Translations under genes and position numbers: made by a program
Source: Planctomycetota bacterium
GTDB taxonomy: Bacteria > Planctomycetota > UBA11346
Direction: 5' to 3'
DNA: 64,000 nucleotides
Assembly (NCBI GenBank): GCA_013696105.1
Contig: JACCZE010000036.1
Span: 13,891-77,890 of the forward strand
Part shown: in pieces, positions 19,339-25,905 of the stretch
How the letters are laid out: every line of letters starts with the position of its first letter
How positions within the stretch are numbered: position 1 is the stretch's first letter
The notes under the pieces: model-generated
The model's database searches: none
What the model saw: only the letters and a program-made list of their open reading frames with translations
Told to the model about the DNA's origin: nothing

Positions 19339-22300
19339 TCAGGCCTGCGGGCGACCTGAACGGATCCGAGCCATGGCGAAGAGCGAGAACGCGAGAGCCG
19401 CAAGACCTCCTCCCAAGCCGCAGGCTCGGCTCCCCCCAGCCGCCCCGAGGGTTCCAGAGGATAGGGACGTCGATGTGGTCGCTGAGGTGCTCGGCGCCCC
19501 ATAGGCCACCACGCTGGAGATCTCGGCGTCGCCGAGAGCGCGCCCGAAGAGCATGACCTCATCCAGCGAGCCCTTGAAGGAGCCGAAATCGAATTGGCTA
19601 TGACGCCCGATCCGCAACTGCGTCGACTGGTCGCTGATGGAGCCGGAATTGGTCCCACTCGCCACCAGCTGCCCATCGCGGAACAGTTTCTGGGTATCCG
19701 CGGAGCTGTCGAAGACAAAGGCGACATGGTACCATTTTGCCACATTCTCCGGCGCATTAAAATCGAATGACGGGTCAGAAATCGTAGTGCCACCCGCAGT
19801 CCCCATCAGCTGTCCATCGCCCGAGATGCGGAAGTCGTATTCGGCATTGTGCTTGTTGACGATGATGGTGTCGACTCCGGGATTGCCGCTGGGCAGGATC
19901 CAGGCTTCGATGGTGATGCTCGCCGGGGGCGCGAAGTCGGCGATCTCCACGCGGTCATCCACTCCATCGAATCGCAACGCTCCGTTTCTCCTGCCTGCGG
20001 TCCAGGAAGGACCGGATACCAGCGTCCCGGTCCGGCCGAAGCCTGAGCGATCGTTCGCGGTGGTACCCGCACCTTCATCGAAGGTCCAATGTCCGATGAG
20101 ACCGGCGGGGAGCACGGTGATCTGGGAGACCTCCGAGGTGGTCGCGAGACCGAGATCGTCGGTCGCTGTGGCCGTGATGCCGTAGCTTCCCGCCGGGACA
20201 TTGCTCCAAACGACGGTGAAGGGTGCTGCGGTCGCCGTGCCGAGCAGGGTCGTGCCCTGGAAGAACTCGACTTTGGCGACAGAACCATCGCTGTCGCTGG
20301 CGGTAGCGGCGAGCGTCACGCTCGCTGGCGAGTTGAACACCGATCCGCCCGCGGGGTTGGTGAGTGACACCGCTGGCGCGGCATTCGTCGTGGTCGCAGT
20401 CAAGCGCAGGTAGTCGATATTGCCGACCCACCCAGTGGCGCCGTTGGAGTCCATCGCGATGCGCACGATCTGCGGACCCGCGATGAGGTTCACGGTCGTG
20501 CCCACCACCTGCCAGGTATCCCAGCCTCCGGTGTCTGGAATCGCCATGGTGCCGGTCTCGTCCGCGCCTGCGAATTCGACATGGAAGGTGCCGCCGCCGC
20601 CCGCGGAGGCGACGCGCGCCTCCAAGGTGTAGGTGCCCGACGCAGAGACGTTCACCGAATATTCCAGCCACTCGCCGGCGCTGATCCAACCGACTCCGAA
20701 GCCACCGCCAATCGCCTCGATGTCGACAGACTCGTTGATGCGGTAAGCACCGCCATTATTCGATCCATCCGCGTCCTGATAGGCGACGCCCTGACCGCCG
20801 GTATCGAAATCCTCAGCCTGGATGGTTCCCGGCACAGCGCGCGCGGTACCACCGTACGGGCCCTGCGTCGTCGCCGCGCCGACCGTGATCGACACGGCCG
20901 TCGAGATCGTGACCAGACCGAGATTGTCGGTGGCGCGTGCGCTGATGCTGTAGCTGCCTGCGGGGACATTGCTCCACGGAGCGGTGTACGGCGATGCGGT
21001 CACCGCGCCGAGCAGGGTCGTGCCCTGGAAGAACTCGACCTTGGCGATGGAGCCATCGCTGTCGCTGGCGGTGGCCGCGAGCGCCACGCTCGCCGGGGCG
21101 TTGAATACCGATCCACCGGCGGGACTGGTGAGAGAAACCGTCGGCGCAACATTCGCCGCGGTCGCGGTCAAGCGCAGGTAATCGATGTTTCCGACCCAAC
21201 CGGTGGCGCCATTGGCGTCCATCGATATGCGCAGGATCTGCGGACCCGCAGCGAGGCTCACTCCCGTCTTGGTCACGATCTGCCATGCGTCCCAGCCACC
21301 GGTGTCGGGGATCGCCATCGTACCACTCTTGTCCGTGCCAGCGAATTCGACATGGAAGGTGCCGCCGGCGCCCGCGGAGGCCACGCGAGCGTCGAGCACG
21401 AAGGTGCCAGCCGCGGCGACATTCACAGAATACTCGAGCCATTCACCTGCACTGATCCATCCGACTCCGAAGCCGCCGGTGATCGCACTGATGTCGACAG
21501 ACTCGCTGGTGCGGTAGTCGCCGCCGTTGTTGGATGCATCGGCATCCTGGTAGGCGATCCCCTGGCCCCCGGTGTCGAAGTCCTCGGCTTGGATGGTTCC
21601 CGGCACAGCGCGCGCGGTACCACCGTACGGGCCTTGCACCGTCGGCGCGTTGACCGTGACCGACACGGCCGTCGAGTTCGTGGCCAGACCGAGATTGTCG
21701 GTGGCGCGAGCGCTGATGCTGTAGGTGCCCGCAGGGACTGCGGTCCAGGAGAAGGAATAGGGACTGGTCGTATCGGTGCCGATCAGGGAGCTGCCTTGGA
21801 AGAACTCGACTTTCACCACCGAACCGTCGCTGTCTCCCGCGGTGGCGGACATCGCGATGGTCGCGGGGGCGGTGAACGAGGCACCGGTCGCGGGGCTGGT
21901 CAGCGTGACGGTGGGCGCCTGATTCGCAGCGGTTGTGACGGTGATGGAGACGACGGTCGATGTCCTGGCGAGACCGAGGTTGTCCGTAGCACGCGCGGTC
22001 AGGCTGTAGGCACCGGCTCCGACGTTGTTCCACGAGAAGCTGTACGGACTGGCGGTATCGGTCGCCAACAGGGTCGATCCCTGGAAGAATTCGACCTTCG
22101 CGACGCTGCCGTCGCTGTCCGCCGCCGAAGCTGTCAGCGTAATGGTGGCCGGAGCGGTGAATGAGGCATTCACTGCCGGACTGGTGAGGGCAACCGTGGG
22201 TGGCTGATTCGCCGGCGCCGAGCCTGTACCGAGACGGACGAACTTGCCGACCGACGGGATGTCGTCGACCATCGCGAAGACGAGATAATTGCCTGGGGGG

Positions 22301-23943
22301 ACGATCTTGGGGTCACTCGGGACGGAAACGGTCAGGCGGCCTGCGTTGCGGGTGAAGCTCAACGGCAGGGTCCGCTGCGGGCCGGTATCCAACCAGTGCG
22401 TGGTGGCCCGCGCGCCCAACAGCATGACCTGGGTCACCGACGCGGTCAGCGACACATCCATGGTGAACGTGGCGCCGCGCGTGAGATCCGTGGCCGAGAT
22501 CGCATCGATGCGCGGCCGCACGCCGCGGAAGAGGTACGGCGGCGAGTACATCTCGATGCGCGTGTCGCTGGTATCGCTACCTGCACCGCCGGTTTCGAAG
22601 ATCCGGCCGTCTGGCAGTAGAACCGCCATGCTATGATAGTGGACGGGGCGGTTCATGTTGGCGGCCGGACGCCAGCTGTTGGTCAGGGGATCGAAGATGT
22701 CCGAAACGTTGGTCACGTTGTCCGCATACGGCGGTTGATTCACCAGAGGCGGCGCTCCCGCAGAGGGACCGATGTATTCACCGCCGAAGCACAACACCCG
22801 GCTGTCAGGCAGCGTCAGCGCCTCTGGCCGAGCGCGCAGGTGTCGCGGAGTCGGCCCTTTCGACCAGGTCTCCGTGGTCGGATCGTAGAATTCCGCCATC
22901 GATGGATTCGCTACGCTGCCGGTCGGTTTGATGCCGATGGCCATGATGCGGTCGTCGGCCAGCGGAACGATGACGTGGTCGCAATGGTCGCCGGTGATCG
23001 CGTATTCACGCTGTTGCACGAAATTTCCGGTGTTCCGCCACAGTGATGTCCCAGCATTGAACCGCTGGGCGTACCGCCACGTCTTCAGCACCTCGCCGTC
23101 CTTGAGCAGGATGCTCGGCGGCATTTCGGTCGGCAGCTCGATGCTGTTGGCCGTGTAGGTCCACCGGTTGCTGGCGGGATCATAGACCTCGCAGGTGTCC
23201 GTGCGGCCGTAGCCCTCGGCCTGGGCTTCGCCAGCCACCACCAGGATCCGCTCGTCGGCTAAACGCACGATTCCGGGATACCAACGGCCCTCGTTGAGAT
23301 TGGAGAGGAATCCCCACGAATTGGACTCGCGCCTGAAGTACTTCGTGGTCCGGAGCACGCCCGTCTGCGGGAAACCCGCGCTCGAACCGCCTGCGATGAA
23401 GACATCGCCATTGGACATCAGCGTACCGGCGAAGCATCCCGCCGATTGGCCGCTGGCTGGCGCGTAGGCTACGGCATTGGTGGCGACATCGTAGATCACC
23501 ACGTCGGTGCTGTCGTGGCAGAGGAACACTTCGCCGAGATTTCCCTTCGGCAGCAGGATGGCGTATCCCGTTCCGCCCAGGTTCTCGCCGGTGGCCACTC
23601 CCGTCAGATCCCAACGTCCGAGCTCCGATTCAGCACCCGGAGTGAACGATCTCGTGACGGACGCCCCGGAGACGGTGATGCCGGTCTCCTGGTACTGGTA
23701 TCGCCGCGCAGCGAAACCCAGCCGATAGGTGCCATCGGCGACCGTGGGGAACGAATAATTTCCCGAGCCATCGCTGCGCACCTCCTGGAACGCGGATGGA
23801 CTTCCCGCGCTGCCAGAAAAGAGCGTGAGGCGAGCATTCGCAACTCCGACAGACCCGGTCACCGAGGCGGCGACGAGCGGCACCATCGTGCCGATGCTGA
23901 TCAAGGTGGAGCAGAGCACGAGGCGGCGGAGCGATGTGGACAT
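19339..23943 (-). CDS. secreted copper-radical-oxidase-like protein (galactose/glyoxal oxidase fold + DUF1929) - Ig x4 / CBM6 x2 - LamG - Cys-containing C-terminal tail
   Basis: 1534 aa. N-terminal CarboxypepD_reg-like domain. Kelch-type propeller carries the full set of AA5-type ligand positions: C170 (AGCFAG), Y222 (GRWYPG), Y436-H437 (VHYHSMAVLLPDGRIFETGG), H516 (TTHWLDTGPQR). DUF1929-like SPPYLFRGVRPRI...PPGNYLVFAMV. CBM6-like QAEDFD...GWISAGEWLEYSV. LamG at 19519..20100. Tail GGSRACGLGGGLAALAFSLFAMARIRSGR at 19342..19437. Confidence 0.8.
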   Translation of the reverse strand: MSTSLRRLVLCSTLISIGTMVPLVAASVTGSVGVANARLTLFSGSAGSPSAFQEVRSDGSGNYSFPTVADGTYRLGFAARRYQYQETGITVSGASVTRSFTPGAESELGRWDLTGVATGENLGGTGYAILLPKGNLGEVFLCHDSTDVVIYDVATNAVAYAPASGQSAGCFAGTLMSNGDVFIAGGSSAGFPQTGVLRTTKYFRRESNSWGFLSNLNEGRWYPGIVRLADERILVVAGEAQAEGYGRTDTCEVYDPASNRWTYTANSIELPTEMPPSILLKDGEVLKTWRYAQRFNAGTSLWRNTGNFVQQREYAITGDHCDHVIVPLADDRIMAIGIKPTGSVANPSMAEFYDPTTETWSKGPTPRHLRARPEALTLPDSRVLCFGGEYIGPSAGAPPLVNQPPYADNVTNVSDIFDPLTNSWRPAANMNRPVHYHSMAVLLPDGRIFETGGAGSDTSDTRIEMYSPPYLFRGVRPRIDAISATDLTRGATFTMDVSLTASVTQVMLLGARATTHWLDTGPQRTLPLSFTRNAGRLTVSVPSDPKIVPPGNYLVFAMVDDIPSVGKFVRLGTGSAPANQPPTVALTSPAVNASFTAPATITLTASAADSDGSVAKVEFFQGSTLLATDTASPYSFSWNNVGAGAYSLTARATDNLGLARTSTVVSITVTTAANQAPTVTLTSPATGASFTAPATIAMSATAGDSDGSVVKVEFFQGSSLIGTDTTSPYSFSWTAVPAGTYSISARATDNLGLATNSTAVSVTVNAPTVQGPYGGTARAVPGTIQAEDFDTGGQGIAYQDADASNNGGDYRTSESVDISAITGGFGVGWISAGEWLEYSVNVAAAGTFVLDARVASAGAGGTFHVEFAGTDKSGTMAIPDTGGWDAWQIVTKTGVSLAAGPQILRISMDANGATGWVGNIDYLRLTATAANVAPTVSLTSPAGGSVFNAPASVALAATASDSDGSIAKVEFFQGTTLLGAVTASPYTAPWSNVPAGSYSISARATDNLGLVTISTAVSITVGAATTQGPYGGTARAVPGTIQAEDFDTGGQGVAYQDADGSNNGGAYRINESVDIEAIGGGFGVGWISAGEWLEYSVNVSASGTYTLEARVASAGGGGTFHVEFAGADETGTMAIPDTGGWDTWQVVGTTVNLIAGPQIVRIAMDSNGATGWVGNIDYLRLTATTTNAAPAVSLTNPAGGSVFNSPASVTLAATASDSDGSVAKVEFFQGTTLLGTATAAPFTVVWSNVPAGSYGITATATDDLGLATTSEVSQITVLPAGLIGHWTFDEGAGTTANDRSGFGRTGTLVSGPSWTAGRRNGALRFDGVDDRVEIADFAPPASITIEAWILPSGNPGVDTIIVNKHNAEYDFRISGDGQLMGTAGGTTISDPSFDFNAPENVAKWYHVAFVFDSSADTQKLFRDGQLVASGTNSGSISDQSTQLRIGRHSQFDFGSFKGSLDEVMLFGRALGDAEISSVVAYGAPSTSATTSTSLSSGTLGAAGGSRACGLGGGLAALAFSLFAMARIRSGRPQA
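20383..21924 (-). repeat. in-frame tandem duplication, 2 x 771 bp (Ig-like + CBM6 unit)
   Basis: aa 674-930 and aa 931-1187 of the 1534-aa protein are collinear, with most residues identical by eye. Additional single Ig units flank it; the whole repeat zone is 20110..22212. Confidence 0.8.
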
Positions 23944-24016
23944 GGTGTCTCCAGAGTCGGGTTACCAGCTGATGTCCGCCCTCGAGGGGATGTTTCCATC
24001 CAAATCGACGTCGACG

Positions 24017-24110
24017 CTAAAACGTCTGAATGGCTGATAAAACCAGGGAATATTTTGCGAAAATAATCGCCATGCTATCGCTCTCGGATGAGCTGCGATC
24101 AATCCCGTCC
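24017..24110 (-). promoter_or_regulatory. AT-richer patch upstream of the 1534-aa gene (putative promoter/operator zone)
   Basis: ctaaaacgtctgaatggctgataaaaccagggaatattttgcgaaaataatcgcc stands out from the GC-rich background. It lies between the AraC stop (24162) and the oxidase start (23943). No confident -35/-10 assignment. Confidence 0.25.
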
Positions 24111-24161
24111 ATGCTTCCGCCGCTTCCTCCATCTCCCATCTCACCGGCTACGCTGCGCTCA

Positions 24162-25169
24162 TCAGCTTCGGCTAGGTGCCGGCTGATGGCTCGCGCTTGA
24201 GTTCCTGTGGTCGATTGGCCCCACGATGACACCGTGATGGGACATGTAGGCTTGCGGAGAAAGCCCCGTCGATCGGCGGAACAGACGGCTGAAGTACAGC
24301 GCATCATCGTAGCCGAGCGAGAGTGCGACCCTGCGCACGGTGGTGCGCGCTGCCAGCAAGCGCTCCTTCGCCAATTCGATTTTCTTCCTCAGGATATACT
24401 CGCCCACGGTGCATCCGAGCTGATCCTTGAAGACCCTCGAGAGATGATGCCTGCTGACCCCCACGTGCTGCGCGACATCCGACAGCGAGATCTGATGATC
24501 GATAGCGCTCGTGATGTAGGACAGGGCGCGGGTGATGTGCAGGGAATTAGCGGGGTGCTCGACGTGACCAGCGTCGAGATCACTGATGACCTGGCATGAC
24601 ACCCGCTGCAGGAACAGCAGGAACAACGCATCGGAGGCGAGCGCGAATCCTGGCTTCGCCCCGTTCTGGTGGTCGAGGATGGCCAGGAAAGTCGTCGCAG
24701 CCGAAGTGCGATCGGCGATGGAGATGCGATCCGGAAGATGCAGCGCACGGTCGTGGCCAGAGGCGGCGGCATCGATGCTGGATACGACGCTCGCCCATTC
24801 GGCGAGTTCCTGGCCGCGCAGGATGGCGGTGGGCAGGCCGAACGAGAAGTGCGAATGGAAGACGGAGAGGCGTCCTCTCACCTGGAAACGAGGCATGCCG
24901 AACGACTGTCCCGGATGGCAGAGGAGCAGTTCACCTTCCTGCAGCATCGACTGCTGGCCGTCGATCTGGACCGCGATCTCGCCAGATGCCACGTAGTGCA
25001 CCTCGGAGGTCGAGCAGGGCCGCGCCGCGAAGGGCGTGGATCTTTCGGAATGGACATGCAGGACGCGATGGATCTTCGTTGCGTGCGCCATCTTGGACAG
25101 GTCGAAGGTCCTGACGATCGACTGCAGCAAGGGGCTGGCATCGGCCATACGTGAGGTCCTGGCATCCAT
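24162..25169 (-). CDS. AraC-family transcriptional regulator (cupin-like N-terminus + HTH_18)
   Basis: 335 aa. ISLSDVAQHVGVSRHHLSRVFKDQLGCTVGEYILRKKIELAKERLLAARTTVRRVALSLGYDDALYFSRLFRRSTGLSPQAY. Collinear paralogue of 6238..7176. Confidence 0.9.
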   Translation of the reverse strand: MDARTSRMADASPLLQSIVRTFDLSKMAHATKIHRVLHVHSERSTPFAARPCSTSEVHYVASGEIAVQIDGQQSMLQEGELLLCHPGQSFGMPRFQVRGRLSVFHSHFSFGLPTAILRGQELAEWASVVSSIDAAASGHDRALHLPDRISIADRTSAATTFLAILDHQNGAKPGFALASDALFLLFLQRVSCQVISDLDAGHVEHPANSLHITRALSYITSAIDHQISLSDVAQHVGVSRHHLSRVFKDQLGCTVGEYILRKKIELAKERLLAARTTVRRVALSLGYDDALYFSRLFRRSTGLSPQAYMSHHGVIVGPIDHRNSSASHQPAPSRS

Positions 25170-25248
25170 GGTCTACATCGGCGCGGAAACGTGCGTCCGG
25201 TGGGTTCCCGCGGAATCGACTCCGTCGAACCGGGACGACACGCTCCTT

Positions 25249-25298
25249 ATCCCAGGCGGGATGATCCAGGCAATGCGGTGCATCCCAGGATCCAGGCA
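25249..25298. promoter_or_regulatory. array of four ATCC(C)AGG motifs upstream of the AraC gene (candidate operator)
   Basis: ATCCCAGG at 25249 and 25282; ATCCAGGCA at 25264 and 25290. All fall within the 176-bp spacer between 25169 (AraC start) and 25346. Confidence 0.25.
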
Positions 25299-25345
25299 GG
25301 CGGGTAGGTCACCAGCGCGAGCCTTCCGCCGTCTTCAGCCGTGGG

Positions 25346-25903
25346 CTATGGTGCGCGAGCCATGGCGCCTTGCTGGCCCAGTGCGCTGGCACGCGCAGCG
25401 AGATGACGCAGCGCATCGACGACGAGTCCGATAGATTCGAATCCGACACGACTGCTCGGCTCATCAGGCATGGGCGTCTCTGTCGCGACGGATCCCGCTG
25501 GGCGGGGCCGATCGGCTTCGACGCGCACGACCAGTTGGAAGTGATGCGGATCGCCACCGTCATCGTCATCGACCATCACCCGCACGGTCCGCTGTTGCGT
25601 CGTCGGACCCGGTGTGATCGAGAGCACCACCACGATGGTCCCGTCAACTCCGGGTGCGTAACGGAAGTCATCGATCGATACACTCACGCAATCGCAGGTC
25701 GGCTTGGCGACATGCACGCGCGCCATGGCATCGCCGGCATTGGTGAACGGGAAGCGCGCGACAATGTCATGACCGGTCTGGTCCATCGTGAACACGCGTT
25801 CCGTCGAGCCGAAGCGGATGTCGGCGGCATCGGCGACAGGGGCCAAACCGATCAGCACCACTGCCATCGCGATCAGCCATGAGGAAGGCGCGACGCGCGA
25901 CAC
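25346..25903 (-). CDS. DUF1573-like (ASH/PapD-like beta-sandwich) protein
   Basis: Signal-like MAVVLIGLAPVADA, then ARFPFTNAGDAMARVHVAKPTCDCVS...GTIVVVLSI (paired Cys as in DUF1573). Start is either GTG 25903 (2 nt after the upstream stop) or ATG 25867. The track ORF start at 25993 overlaps the upstream gene and is unlikely. Confidence 0.65.
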   Translation of the reverse strand: MSRVAPSSWLIAMAVVLIGLAPVADAADIRFGSTERVFTMDQTGHDIVARFPFTNAGDAMARVHVAKPTCDCVSVSIDDFRYAPGVDGTIVVVLSITPGPTTQQRTVRVMVDDDDGGDPHHFQLVVRVEADRPRPAGSVATETPMPDEPSSRVGFESIGLVVDALRHLAARASALGQQGAMARAP

Positions 25904-25905
25904 GA

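Noticed and set aside
20110-22212. Regularly spaced repeats that might suggest a CRISPR array or a diversity-generating retroelement (template/variable repeat)
   Set aside because: The repeats are 249-771-bp in-frame protein-domain duplications with no short spacers. No cas genes or reverse transcriptase are in the window. Differences between copies are not confined to adenine positions as far as I can see.
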